Of a DNA stretch of 64,000 bases, positions 12,641 to 26,451 are shown in pieces. The DNA comes from Lama glama (taxonomy: Eukaryota), in contig CM052816.1 of assembly GCA_028534125.1 (NCBI GenBank), positions 66,776,001 through 66,840,000 of the forward strand, given 5' to 3'. The notes below the pieces were generated by a model. The model did not search any database. It had not been told where the DNA came from and saw only the letters and a list, made by a program, of their open reading frames with translations. The number at the start of each line of letters is the position of its first letter. Position 1 is the first letter of the stretch. The position numbers were made by a program, and so were the translations under genes.

Positions 12641-15600
12641 TGTGAAGTTGTTTCTGTGGGTCACATCTCTATAACCTAATGAGGGGAAGAAGAGGGTTTT
12701 TGGGAAATAGGGCAAACAATATGTGGAGATGAGATTATGACATATGTAAGTCATATTGTACACTGGCTGTTTAAGATTGTCAGTCAAGTGAAATCATGTT
12801 TTTATAGGAAGATACCACATTTGGGTGATAGGTAGGCAGCATCGTGGATGGGGCCACAGTGTGACCTTACCTTCTGGAGGACCCCTCAGGAGAGTACAAC
12901 AGTCTATTATTTTGATTCTTTGATAGAGGTGGCAGAGAGCATGGTAACCAAGTTGGCATGTTACAGATAAACACAGGTGTATCTCTGGGTAAGAATTCCA
13001 AATTAGTTTTGAAGGGACTCTGACTTGCCCAGTTTGAATCCAGTGTCCATTCCTGGAACAATTAGTTGTGGCCAAGAAAAGGGGTAGGGGAGATAGCAGC
13101 TGGGATCCCACCTCTGTGGCACAACAAGGGGGTTCCTGGAGGAAGGGACATTTGTTGTGATCTGAGAAGACAACTCAGTAGGGTTCCACTAGGGTGTACA
13201 GATGAAAAATTCAACTTGGGGCACAATGTCCAAGCTCTTTATGGTTGCTATTTAACTTGGGTTTGGTGTCAGGTGCAATCAGAACAGAGGGACACAGATT
13301 GCCTTCAAATATTTCAAGATGCAGTAGCCTTGGTGATAATGTTTAGCTCCCCATCTAAGGTGAAAGATAATATCTTTTGGAAATATAGAAATATATGGCT
13401 TCCAAGAAGTTTATTTTAAAGACTGGTTTTTTAAAAAAGATCTTTTTCCTTCTGCTTCTCCCTAGGAATAAGAGGGAACCTTACCTTCCTAAATATTTAA
13501 CTAAAATTTGCAGCTTGGAATAACCAGTGGAAAATAAATTTAAGAGACTTTACAAACTTCCAGTGTGTTTTGTTTTGTTTTGTTTTTACTACAGCTTTTT
13601 AATGTCTACACAGAAAGAGTTTATACTGATTATCAGAAGTTTGAGTTGGGGTTTGTTTAAAACTCTACAGACCTAGATGTCTAGGACCAAATTGACTATG
13701 CCTTAGCTGAGTGTATTGTTTCTTTTATCCTCTGATCCTGCTTAACATTTCCAGTAATGAGTTTCCCCCCACAGTTTAGCTCGTGGATTGTTTTGTGTGG
13801 GTTAATATTTTTTAATCCTAGGTTTATTTCTCATTGTCTCAAAAATTTTGGTTTGTACCCATTCTACCCTTTCATGCACACCTAGGGGATACATTTTGAA
13901 AAGTGGGCTAAAAACAATTAAGTATTTATTCCACTTAACCCCTGAATCACCACAGAATATACCCCAAAGACAAAATGGGAAAGTGTCTGGGTTAGTGGAC
14001 CTCTGGAAAAATGTCTTCACCTTTCAGACTTCAGTTTCTTCAAACGAAAACTCCTATGTAAAATAAAGTTCTCACAATTTTCAACATAGGTAATGTCGGA
14101 CATTTATACAAGCTTCTTCTTTTGTGTGTTGACAGCATGGTTGGGTAGCTCCTAGCGTACAGGCCTTGGAGGGAATTAATGGTTACATCTTAAGCTGTTG
14201 GTGCCTGGTGGATTCTAGGAAGACTCCTAGATCTCACAAATGGAGTCTCAGTATGCCCTGATCATAAGAGACTTCTCCACAAAAACTCTGAAACTCTTTC
14301 CAGAGAGAAGACCAGAACAAAAAGCAAACTGAAGCAGTGACTATGAATAACACTAACGTCTTAAAAGAAAATACACCTGTCATCTAGCACATAATTAAAG
14401 ACTCAGAACATAGGTCTAGACATCTAGAATCAACATTTACAGAAAAGCCTATTGGAAGCCTGGTGTCTCTACCAGCTGATCAGTACTCAGATACTTAAGA
14501 CTATACATAAAAATAAGGGCATAATCAAAGTCTTGAGACCAGTGAAATCAGACTTGGCAAGAACCAGGTATTCCAGTGCAAAAAGCATGTTCCTACTAAA
14601 ACATGGGACCCAGGCTGGGCTAGAATGGGCTTGTTAGGTACCTTACTGGTATCTTAACCTGCTGTAAGTCTTTTTAATTCATTGGCTATAAGCATGTAGA
14701 GTAACCTGTGTAGTGATTCAATTGTAGAGTCTGGGCTCAGTGATTCTCTACTGAGAATAATCACCTTCCTTGAAAATTCACAGGTTAACTCCTAAGGAGA
14801 ATGACAGGTGATGAAGGCAGGAGGCTGGCTGCCCCTTGCTTGCATTCGTGCATATGGTGTAGGCAGAAACAACTATCCTCTGTGCGCAGGCAGAGTGCCT
14901 GGCCCTTGTTTGGTGCTCAAGTGAACAGATGTATTCAACCTCAATTTCTTCTATGTTACAAAACAAATTTTTTGCTGCTTCTAGACTGAGATGGACCCAA
15001 CACCTGCACAGGTGTAATGGCCTCAGGCTAGAAGCAGAGTGATTCTCGGGCAGTTTCAAAGCTCTAGATGGTGAGAGATTGTTGTTTGGAAGCATGTTTG
15101 GGGTTTACAAATGATTGGAGTATAGAGGCAATCTATGGGAGCTGAAAAACAGGCCCCCACAAAACGGGAAAAGTTTTGAGGGCTACATCTGGAGAGGTTT
15201 GCAAATTGGTGCCATAGAGAAAATAAGGGTCAGTCTAGAGTTAGTGGGAAGGTCAGGTTCCCAGACACAGAAAAGATGCGGCTTGGAGACTATGGAAATT
15301 GACAAGGTAGCTCTTAGAGTGAAGATCATAAGTCTCAGTAAGTCTTGACTTCCCTGGTTTGCTCAAAGGGCCCTCTGTTGGGAAGAGAGGGTATCAAGGA
15401 GCAAGGAGGGCCTGAAGAGAAAAAGCAGTGCCTTGGAGATCCATCACGCTAACGATTGAGGCAGTGTGCTATAAACAGGTGACAGGAATTAACGTTAACA
15501 GGAATAGTCTATAGGAGGCACATGTTAAGCACTTTATATTCATCACGTTTAATCCTTCCAGCAGCTGCAGAGACAGGTATATTATTCCCAAAACAGATGA

Positions 15601-15689
15601 GACAACTTAAGGACAATTTAGGGGTATCAAGTCCCTAATAGGTACAATGTAGAAAGAACAGCAGACAAAGTTTAGCTGTTTGAGTTGTT

Positions 15690-16140
15690 CGTCAGGGAAT
15701 TAAGCAGGAATCAGGACACACAAGTGGAGACACTAAAGAGAATTTAACAATGGGAATGTTCAAAGATGTGGACAAACTTTTGAGAAACCAATGGAAGATA
15801 GCCTTGTACTCTGAAGGGGGCCCCAGGAAGGAACATTTATCACCCAGAGCCTAGATAGACAAAAGGAGGGCGTGTTTCCTGAATCTGGCCATTTCCTCAC
15901 GAAGAGAGGGCTTCCTGACAGGTGCTCTGGCAGCCAATTAGCAATGACTGGACAGGAAGGGAGCCTGAGGACTAAAGACCTTGTCCTCACTCCTCCCCCT
16001 CTAGTTAATATCGCCTTCTCCTCGTGTCTGAAATTACCAGGAAGCCAGAGAGCAAGGAAGCCTGCTGAAGGAACCCATACATGCATCCTCCCTCCCAGGG
16101 CAGAGAGGGTCTGGAGGAGAAAAGCACACAGATACCCAGC
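15690..16140 (-). mobile_element. Old ERVL-class LTR fragment (LTR67B-like)
   Basis: AAGAGAATTTAACAATGGGAATGTTCAAAGATGTGG...GAGAAACCAA...CCCAGAGCCTAGA resembles the recalled consensus. Highly diverged. Confidence 0.5.
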
Positions 16141-16178
16141 CTGGGGATCAGGAGTAAATCTCTTCTGACAGCCTAGGT

Positions 16179-16375
16179 CAGTGGTTCAGCAACTTTCTGG
16201 GCATAAGAAAAATTTGAGGCTTGGTTTTGTTTAATGCAGACACCTGGGCTTGCTTCTCACTCATTAGAGATTCTGAATTATTAGATCTGAAATAGGACTC
16301 ATGCATCTGCATCTTCCAACAATGCAAAATATTCAGTAGGTCTTCATTGGATCACACGATGAGATCTATCATTGT
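16179..16375. mobile_element. hAT-Charlie MITE (MER5-like)
   Basis: CAGTGGTTC terminus; AGAGATTCTGAATTATTAGATCTG...CATCTGCAT. Confidence 0.65.
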
Positions 16376-16489
16376 AGACTGCCTTTGAGAGTCAACTTTC
16401 ATGTCACGATCTCTCCAGGGTCTCCCTTCCAGGAAGTTAGCACCCTGTAACATGGTGATTGATTGACTGGCAGTCAGTCTATCAATCTA

Positions 16490-16715
16490 CCTATAAATAA
16501 AGGCTTTGAGGGGAGTCACAGTTGAGTCTGAATTCCTACTCTTTCACTTTCAATGTATGATCATCTTCCCTAAGCCTCAGTTTATCTTAATAGAATGACA
16601 TGAAAAAATTCATAGGATTGCAATGAGAACTATGTGTGATTAAATGTAAAAAAAATTAGTAAGCTTGGCATAGTATTTGGCAGAGAGTAAATACATAATG
16701 GTACCTAGTATTACA
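16490..16715 (+). mobile_element. MIR SINE
   Basis: CTAAGCCTCAGTTT core and CTTGGCATAGTATTTGGCAGAGAGTAA tail. Confidence 0.7.
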
Positions 16716-17652
16716 AGCTGTCATCAATTTGTGGTGCTGTGTCAAGAATCTATGTTCTGCACTAGCATTAGATGTGGTATAGAGTCAAAAGGTACAGTAT
16801 GGAGCCAACTATGACCACTTGTGTTGAATGCAGATGATGATGTAGTTTTCATACCTTGCAGCTTTAGATGTAAATCTAGGAGAGAAATGCCAAGATAGAG
16901 GAGACCTAGTCTACTTTCCTTTGCCTATTATTTATTCAAAGACATTGAAAAACTACTCCCAGAAGGCTTCCATTAAGTTGGGGAATAATGAAAATCTTGA
17001 ATAATGAAAAAACTAAGTTTGGTCCTGAAATATTTTGTATTAAAGTTCACTTGCTTAACTTAAGAATGCTCAGAATTAGGGCCCTGCCTGAGTTTGTGTG
17101 GAAAATAAGAACTATCCCCCCTTTTCTCAGTAAACAAGGAGCCTCATTGTCTTGTTTGGGTTCAGGTGGCTCACTCAGTGGGAGTCTAAGTCCCTTCCAA
17201 GCTCCACCACAGCACCGTCCCAAGCCTAAGTCTCAGAAACTGCTAGAACATCCCTTCAAAGCATCTGTCAGAGCCCTTGCAAGACACAAAAATCTTAGCT
17301 TTGAGTCAAGTCCATGCTACTAGGGAGACCTACCACCCTGAAAACAGCCCGTGTGTCCTAGTGACAAGACAGAGGGGAGGACAAAATGAAGGACCTCTGT
17401 TTTGAAGGGGAGAGGACTTTTTCTCCCTTGAGTAGGGCTGAGCAGCTTAGGCTGGGCAAAGGACCAGGAAGAAGGCAACCTAGAAGATTCATCTCATTTA
17501 AACAAAGAGTTTAAAAAAAAGTTTTCAAAGATTTGTTACCCTTTCAGAGATACAAGGGGAAAAAATGGGGCATTGAGAAGTGATTGTGGACTAATTTAAG
17601 AGGAAAAGAGATTGTGAGCCAAGTTATTTTGCCTTTCTGCTACGATTTAGAG

Positions 17653-17865
17653 CAGTGGTTCTCAGCTTGGGGTGAATTTGTCCTTGGGGGGACATTTGGC
17701 AATGTCTGGAGACATTTTTGGTTGTCTCAACTTGGCAGGGGAGGTGCAATGGCATCAGGTGGGTAGGGGCCAGGGATGCAGCTAAATATCCGAGAGCACT
17801 CAGGACAGCCTCCAACAAGGAGCTAAACTCCAAACTTCCTTTAGGGCTGAGATAGAGAAATACTG
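17653..17865 (+). mobile_element. MER20 hAT-Charlie MITE
   Basis: CAGTGGTTCTCA...GGGGACATTTGGCAATGTCTGGAGACATTTTTGGTTGTC...GAGAAATACTG. Degenerate 8-bp TSD ATTTAGAG / ACTTAAAG. Confidence 0.93.
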
Positions 17866-18988
17866 ACTTAAAGCATTTGTAAGCATTTTAAGCTGCCATT
17901 TCCAGTCTCAGTGAGCTTTAGAGTTCCAACAAGTTATCTGGGTCTCTAGATAAATTTCCATCAATGTAGTTACATGTATGAGGAAGAGTCATCATGATTT
18001 TGCCACCTGATGTTATTTAAGGCATTATCTACTAACCGCAGGTTTTTTGGTTTTTGTTTTTTGAACTAGATCTACTATCTTGAGGGAAACTTGATATCTG
18101 ATATTCAAGTCTTGTTATGGTAATAAAATTAAGAGGAAGAAGCTTCACTAAGAGTAGCTAAGCCAAGTTTAGCGTTTACGATTACTTAGACCCAAGTAGA
18201 AGATCACCTACACATGTGGGAGAAAGATCTGTGTTGTAAATCCTCCAAATAGGAGAAATCACAAACAGAATTTGTTTTTTAAGTGAGTTCTATTTTAAAG
18301 TACCATGTGAGGCCATTTAGATTTGCTTTTAAAAAAACACAAACTAGGCTTATTGAAGGTATCTGTATTGCCAGTTCTCTGTGAGGGTAAGATAAGTTTC
18401 TTTTATATTTTGGCTTCTTTCTTTCAAGATGTTCTGTCAAGGGATTTTTGTAGCTCCTTTGGGAAAACTTTCCATTTTCGGAATACTTTGATAGGAACTT
18501 AGTTGAAACTTACTTTAGCCACTACGCCTTCCTCGAGATCTCATTACAACATTCACATTTTTATATGCAAACAGCCCTGCCATGTGCACACCCAAGTTGG
18601 TGGGAAAAAACCCTCCCAGCCTTTCAACAATGTTGTGTGTTGTACAAAATAGATTCCGTCTCTTACTGAAGTATTTGAAGAAAAGGAAAAGCACACAAGG
18701 AAATTTTGAACTTACTAGAGAGAATAGTGAATTTAGAAAAGGTCTATCAAATTCGCTACGTAAGAGAAATTCCTTAGCCTAAGTTCTGTTTTGTGATAGC
18801 CCCCAAGCTGTTTTTTTCTGTTGAGACACAAAAGTACAGAGAGTAGGACTCAATCATAAATGACTTCAGTTGAGCTGCCCTTACTTGAATATAGTATTAC
18901 AAAAAGTAAAATCTAATAAAAATTGTGAAGCAGAAGTTATCCACAAAAATTTTTAATTTACTTGGTTAAGACCTCCTCTCAGAAAGCT

Positions 18989-19489
18989 TGTTCCCAAATC
19001 TGACGGCAGCAAACAAAAAGCTGAGATGATGAGGTTTGCAGCAAAGAGACAAAAACAGAGTTTATTTGTAAGACAGCCAAGTGAGGAGGCAGGAGAAGAA
19101 ATCCCAAGCCTGCCTCCCCAAACACCAGCGGCTGGGGGTACTTATAGGGTAACGAATAAAGAAGCAGGGTGGTCTGGGGCATGGCAGGCATGGGGGTATG
19201 GGGAAAGGTGAGGAGGAAAAGGTGTGATAATCACTGTTCTGCAACTGCTTAACTAAGCTACAGCCCTCCACACGTGCAGATATGCACGCATGCCCAGTTG
19301 GAGGGCCGGTGGTCCTATCCAGTCTTTACTGGCTCAGCTCAACTAGACTCATCTGCCTCCCAGTTCCTGGAAAATAACTCAGGCAAACATCTTGTTGGGG
19401 ACCCATGCCTTTTGGAGAACATGCAAGCCTTAAAACAACCTTAATTAGTGAAGGCAGGTGAAATGGATTCAACTGATTACTCAGTTTCA
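18989..19489 (-). mobile_element. ERV1-class solo LTR, complete (501 bp)
   Basis: TG...CA termini and an exact 4-bp TSD AGCT (18985-18988, 19490-19493). On the minus strand there is a TATA-like TATAAG (~19141-19146) and an AATAAA (19061-19066). Confidence 0.88.
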
Positions 19490-21758
19490 AGCTCTCATCT
19501 AGGCAATATGCTGTCCATTCCTCCACATGGGGAAAAATATATATATGTATGTACATATATATTTAGAATTTTAAATTCTTTTTACATTAAATGCTATCCT
19601 AATACAAAGCAAATTAGTCCATTGGCTATTTTTCAGCTACGTAGAAAGTGACAGACTGACCATAAGAAAGATAAAATGACAAATCTTAAATGGCTAAATC
19701 AATTTTGTTTTCTGAGCTTTCAAAGGACATTGACTGGCTCTAAGTCTTTAAAAGGCAGGACAAGACTGACAATGACCACATGGACCTTGGCGGTCTCTCT
19801 CTGTGCCCTCTGGGTTTTCACCAACTCCTCAGGGATTGTGATTTCCTTTCCATATTCCCCATCCTACTCCATTACCTTTTATTCCATGCTTTAAAGATCA
19901 AGCTTGTTTTCTTAGATTTCAAATTTTGCCTGCCTGGGATTCATTTCCTGGCCAATACAACTGAGAGTTCCATTTCAAAACTTCCTCAGTGCTTTTCTTT
20001 CTTTTCACTGACCTTTAAAGAATAATTAGGAACTCAAATTCCCTGAGGGTCTCAGGCTATACTACGGTTTACTCTCTTTTAACACGAATGTGCAGAAAGT
20101 GGACTCTTGGCAAGAGACTTCGCACTCACTTCTGAATGCCTTTTTCTGGGCTTTTTTTTTTTTTTTTGAGAGGGTTTCTTTCAAAAGTACACTCAGCAGG
20201 GTCAATTCAAGAATATATGAGAGAAATTGACTCTCTGCTCAAGCACATATGAGCCTCTGGAACATCACTAGATGACTAAAAAAACTAATAAAGGATTATT
20301 TTATTACATGGTATATTTTTCACATATTCTACTATATTCATAGAAATGAAAATGAGGCTTTGAGGAATTAAGAAAATCAATCACAAACTACCATTAGGAA
20401 AAAAGAGAAAAAAGTGTACCCATCTTGGTTTTTTGTTTGTTTGTTTTTTACTTTTTATTGTTTTACTCAGCCTTCACAGAGTAAACGTGAATTTTCAATT
20501 CTATATGGTAGCAATTTAAAAGAGTAATATGATTTTCTGTGGTAACAGGACAAGAAAAGGCATAGATAACTAAATTCACTCCTGGGACCACACCTTTTTC
20601 AAATAATAGAAAAGTAGCAATCCAGTCAGTAGATGAGAATCTGTTTTCCCTCCTCGCTCATCTGTTTGTGAGAAAGCTCCAAAGAGATGCAGAAATAAAA
20701 ATCAGGCAGACAAAAAAAAAGGGGGGGAAAATAAAAGAGATCTGATGATCTGTGAACCCAACCATCTATGGTTCCTGAACTAACCATGTAGGGTGTGGAT
20801 GGACATCGAGGGTGCCTAAAAGAAACAGAGGGAGCCTGTTTTTTCAAAACACAGAACAGACTGATGACAGTTACCATTGAAAGGAAATCTTGTTAATAAC
20901 TAAGAAGTTGTTATTTACTAGGGAGACACTAACATGTTAGGTGAGCGGGACCTTTAGATTCTGAGGGGAAAGTGTTTTCCACACTAAAGCTCCAAATCCC
21001 ACAAGGTAACCCCTTGCCTTCCCACCCAACACACTTGATCCTTTGCCCAGCTCCATTCTAAACCCTTTGATACCAAGTCCTGCATATCTAGCTGTAAACC
21101 CATTCAACTATGTTTCTTTTTCCCCCCTCTGCTGGCATTAGCTTGTTTTCTCCCAGTTCTGAGTTTCATTTACATTTTCTATTGCATAAAAAATGAGCAA
21201 CGCAGAAAATGATCCACCTGTGGGTTCTCCGGAAGGATGCACATTAGAAATGAGCCAGAAGCATTGCAAAATAAAATAATATTAAAGGATCTACTTTTAA
21301 TATACTATCCCGAAACTCTGAGTGTATCAGAAAATCAGGGAAACACAACAACAGATCGAATATACGTCAAGAAATCAGAATGTTTTGGTGGACTTTATAG
21401 ATAATTTGATACAATCGTTCTTAGCTTTTCGGGTCCAAGATCCCTTGGGGAACCTCAGGAAAGACAAGGAAGTTCTATCTTGAAGAAAGCATCAACATGC
21501 CAGACGCAATGATGTGCAGACAATTTTAGAAGTGCAGACAATTTCTAAAGCCCATTCAGGGATCCCAGGATAAGGGCTTCTGAACTCCTCCAACCCCTTC
21601 GTTCCTGTGTGAATGACTAAGATGCAGTCAAGTGCAACACCAGAGCGAGCTTGTGCATACCCAGGCCTCCAGATTCCCAACTCAAGTACCCTCCACCATG
21701 CCATGATTCTATATATAGAGATCTGAGGTCAGGGACTACTGATAACTCCTACAGTGGT

Positions 21759-22245
21759 TGTACTGATGGAATAGCGTCCTCCCTAATGCATGTCTACTTG
21801 GAATTTCAGAATGTGGTCTTATTTGGGGAAAGCAGCTCTTCAGATGTAATCAGTTAAATTAAGATGAAGTCATGGTGGTTTATGGTGGGCCTTAAATCTG
21901 AACGACAGATCCTTAAAAGAAGGCCATCTGAAAACAGAGGCACACAGGAAAGAAGGCCAAGTGATGACTGTCACTGTGAACTGGCATACTGTCTAGGGAC
22001 TGTAGTGAGCATGAGATTACAGTGATGCAGCTACACCCAAGGAATGCCTAGTCCTGCCAGCAACTACCACAAGCCTTGGACACAGCTCCAGAATTGATTC
22101 TCCCCTAGAGCCTCCCAGAGGAACCAACACTGCTCACTCCTGGACTTCAGACTTAGAGTCTCCAGAACTATAAGAAAATAAATTTCTGTTACTTTAAGAA
22201 ACCTTGTTTGTGGTAATTTGTTACAGCAGCCCTAGGAAACATACA
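21759..22245 (+). mobile_element. MaLR solo LTR (MLT1B/C-like)
   Basis: CAGAATGTGGTCTTATTTGG, CAGATGTAATCAGTTAAATTAAGATGA, and terminal AATAAATTTCTGTT...GTTACAGCAGCCCTAGGAAACATACA. Confidence 0.9.
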
Positions 22246-23864
22246 ATTCACTGCTATTTGTTTATATCTGTATTAACATTATTTTTAAAAGCCTTCATAT
22301 GTTGTTCCCATCACTGAACCACTGGGTCTCTCCCCATTTTCTTTTCAGATCAGCTGACCTGGATATTAAGGCTGGACATATCAATGCCCTTCCATATCCT
22401 TCTAAGTTTTCTTCATGAGCAGTGATGAGTTATGCTGAGAAGAATTCTTGGATTTCCATTTATATAACATTGCTCTCATTACTTTTCAAAAGTGGACCAT
22501 GTTTTCCCATTCTGTTGTTGATCTTGCAAGAGGGTAATAAAAAATCCAAAGAAGATTTAAAAGGAAGTTCCATTTAAAGTATGTAGTATAATGGAAGTTT
22601 GCTTTACGCAAACAAATGAAGAAACCTTAGAAGATAATGTTGTTGACTTCCTGTACTCTAAAGTATTCTTTGCCTTAGGAGGATAACTCAGGCTTTACCA
22701 AGGATAAGCTGTCTGGAAATAACTGCCCATAAAGGCCTCTCAGCAATCCCATAAAATAAGTGAAACTGCTTAAATCAAACCTCTCCCAATTCCATTTATT
22801 AATCACATTTACCTGCCATTTTTATAAATATATATACATGTATATATGTATATTTTCCTTATGTTGCTAAAACCCTAGATTGATCCACACATGGAGATAC
22901 TGTTTTTATGCTGCTGCCAAAGCATTTTCAGAAATCCAGCCACACTTAGGAAATAAAGAGTCCACTGCTGTTTCTACCCCTAACTCTTTGGTCTCAGTAG
23001 ACTGTGTGCTTAAGGAGATGAGCTGCTTGGTCTTGAGAAATTTTCAGTGCCAGGTTATTGTGAGAAGTAGGCTAAGTGTGTGGTCCGAAATGGTATTTCC
23101 AATTCTGTCTATTTTCATTTCCAAGAACTGCTTGGAAATAAATACCCTTGATTTTCTTAGGAAAGGGTGAATCTTCAACACTTTGGGAATCATGCCTTAA
23201 CTTTAGGCTGCACATTGAGCTAGCTTCTATTTTTGGATCCCCTTCTGATTTCCTGATACATTTGCTGAAAATTGAATAAATCATTCTGAGACTCTGTTTC
23301 TTCACTAACAAAATGGGAAGGGACAACACATGGATGAATTGTGAGGATGAGTTGAACATGTATATCCACTGGATTTTTTATAAGCCTCTTGCAAATTGAT
23401 AGCAAAAAAAAAAAGACTCAGCCCTTTGAAAAAGCATCCTATCCCTTTAAGGGGGTCATAAGAGTTTTAGGAAGAGACTATACAAAATAGCTGGAGTTGT
23501 TGGTATTCAGGTATAAATATGGGCTCAGGAAGCTAAGACAGGAATCTGTGGAGTTGCACTGAAAGCTCAGCTGTGCAACGCTTAGTCATATAGGAAGCAC
23601 GGCAAGGAAATGCAGTATGACCCAGAATAGCTTAACACACATGATGCCAGCTGGACAGGGGCACAGAGCAGTAAAGCCAGGAGAGGTGAGCAGAAGGTGG
23701 CCTCTTATGGGGAAAAAAAAAAAAAACATAAGAGAAAGAATAAGTCTAGGAAGTAAAAACATGAAGCAGAGAAAAGCTGGGAATGGTATCATTGATAATT
23801 GGACCAAGAAGTCAGGATGGCTTGGTAGCAGGCAGTGTTTTGATGACAAATTATCTCAAAGAGG

Positions 23865-24110
23865 GATGTGTGTCACAGACTGGAGATCAGAGACAGTGAG
23901 AGGACAGGATTTCTTTATAGTAGAACTTGGTTTAAATCCTAGGTCTGTGGCTTATTAACTCTGCAACATCAAGCAAGTTACTTTACTCTTCTGAGCCTTG
24001 TCTATAAAATGTGGATAATAACTGTCTTTTAGGGTTGTTGTGAATATTTTAGATAATATATGTATCTAGGTCCCAAGCAGAATGCAATATGTAAGGGATG
24101 TTAATCCACC
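23865..24110 (+). mobile_element. MIR SINE
   Basis: GCAAGTTACTTTACTCTTCTGAGCCT...TATAAAATGTGGATAATAA...GGGTTGTTGTGA. Confidence 0.8.
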
Positions 24111-24295
24111 TAATAAGGAAATAAAAGGAGGAGAAACTAAGAGGGAATGTTTGCTAATTTTTAACTTTAACTCTCTGCTCCAAGGGACAAAATGAAGCGG
24201 GGAGGGGGCTCAGTCCCACTGAAGGCACCCGGGTCCCATGGACCTATGAGAGTTCCTTACTAGTATCTAGACATATCCTGCAATAATCTCGTAAG

Positions 24296-24505
24296 CAGTG
24301 GAGCTGTGTGGTCCAAGACAGTAGCCACTAGCCACATGTGGTTATTTAAACTGGAATTAACTAAAATTAAAAACATATTTCTTTGGTTTTACTAGCTACA
24401 TTTCAAATGATTAACAGCCACATATGGCTATATATTAATATATATGTAGATATGTGTGTGTGTGTGTGTGTGTTTCCATCATCACAGAAAGCTCTATTGT
24501 TTGTA
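24296..24505. mobile_element. MER3-like hAT-Charlie MITE with an internal (TG)n microsatellite
   Basis: GTAGCCACTAGCCACATGTGGTTATTTAAA...CATTTCAAATG...TTCCATCATCACAGAAAG. Confidence 0.82.
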
Positions 24506-25219
24506 CATACTTGACACCATGGATGATGTGGGCAAAAGGGTATAACCACAGGAGAAATCAAAGTCATGGGAAGAAGAGAGAGGAAGAGAAGCTGGAATAG
24601 GAAGGTAAAGCTTCTGAAGAAAGAAGTCCCACTCTTTTTAAAACATGCCTGGGATAAAGGCAAGGAAGAGGAGGATTTTCCTCTTCCTGGGGAAGGTCAG
24701 TAGGTGGTAAACCTTAAGCTGTGATGCCCAAGGCCTGGGATGAAAGGCTCTTAGCTACATTTGAAATCCATCTTAGGAAAGGTACTTTGGTCTCTGATGT
24801 CAAACAGATAACCTATTCCATAGTGACTAATATGGAAGATTGTTTACCTAGAGTGACTAATGTGGTGTCACCGAGAACTAAATAAGAATAAAACAGATGT
24901 TATCATAGCAAGTGGGTGTTCCTAAACGGATCATACAATTCATGGAAGGACAGAAATCAAAAGAACATTGAGATCAAGAGTGAGGTTTTTCTATGAATCT
25001 TAAGTGCATAAATCCAATTCCTGAGAGAACGAGAAGAAATCCCTATAGTAAGTCTCCCTAGTACCTAACATGCCATGAAGAAATATCTGAGTAGGTGGAT
25101 GAATGGGGGAAAAAATATCCCACAAACCTGAAGATGGAACAATCACAGTAGCATTGTCACACCTGAAAGAGAAATGAAATGTGAAGTGTCTTTGGGGGTA
25201 GCATTTAGGGTCTGAAGCG

Positions 25220-25400
25220 CATAGTAACCAGGGTCACAGCAAACATCTGTGAGCATTGACCATGTGCCAGGCCCCGGGTGGGGAGCCTGAACGTACCCTG
25301 TCGCATTCAATCCCCATGCTGCCCAGGTGTTATTATCCCCAATTCATAGCTTAAAAAACTGAACCTTAGGAAACTCTAGCCATCTGTTAAAATATAAATG
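25220..25400 (-). mobile_element. MIR SINE
   Basis: GAGCATTGACCATGTGCCAGGC and TATTATCCCCAATTCATAG...AAACTGA. Confidence 0.7.
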
Positions 25401-26451
25401 GCCAAAGTAAGATTCTTAGTATTATCTCTGCAACTGACAAATGTCCTGGGAAGATAAAGATCAATAATGGACCAAGAATAAAATGAGGAAGGGAAGGGAA
25501 GCCATTTAAATAATATTGTGTATTCTTTCTATCCTCTCTGCTTTACCCATTTATGCAAAAAATGGCAACTAAAAATAAATAAATAAAAGATGAGGAGGAA
25601 GAGAGCATAGGCCCTTATTTCTGATGCTTGGGCAGAGAAAATCTGCCTAATCTGACAGTTCAAAGCAGTTCCCAGGGTCTTGAAGTCAGATAAGCTGAAA
25701 GCAGGAGTGTGACAGATGCGATCCCAACGTTGAGGTGGGCCCCAAGGCTTTCCTTTCTGCAGTGGTATATTTGATGACTTTATTCCTTCATGAATGATGC
25801 CTTGACAGATGGTTTTTACTGAGTACTACACAGGACTCTTTGTCTAAGGCAAATTTCAGTCCTCAACTTAGACTTAACATTTTGTCCAGCCACCCTCTTC
25901 CGTAGTTTACAGAATTGAACATGTACAGATGAATCCACATGTTCTGACTCATAAAATCACTTCCTGCTTTGATAATTTTCACATACAAACACACATGCTT
26001 TTAAACAATATTTTGCTAGCACTCCCAAAAGGGCGATTGAGTTCTGAGAAACTATCATAGCTGAAAAAACCAGGAGAGGATTTTTATGAAATATAAAAGA
26101 TTTCATCCTAAGTCCCCTCTCCAGGATTTACAGGGAGCCATGAAAAGGATGTGACAGGCTCAGAGATCGTCGAGGTCAAGGCTGTAGACCTAGTAAGTGT
26201 TGGAGACGCAAGCCCCGGTTCGTTTGATGTGGAGTCCATTCTCTGACTCACTTCCATATGTCCCTGAAATGTGTAGGGAAGAAAGTGTTAACTGAAAGGC
26301 CCATGTAACAAAGAAAGCAGGAACAAATGGAAACTTCTTAAAGGGAAACTTTACAACAATAAATAATGCTTTATGACAACTAAGTCACAGGACTTTCACA
26401 GAACAGAAATGAGAAGAACCCAAAGAATAGAGTGTAGAAATGACACTCCAG

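Noticed and set aside
24818..24865. Two AGTGACTAAT copies 30 bp apart
   Set aside because: Only two short units; not an array, and CRISPR is not applicable to this mammalian DNA.
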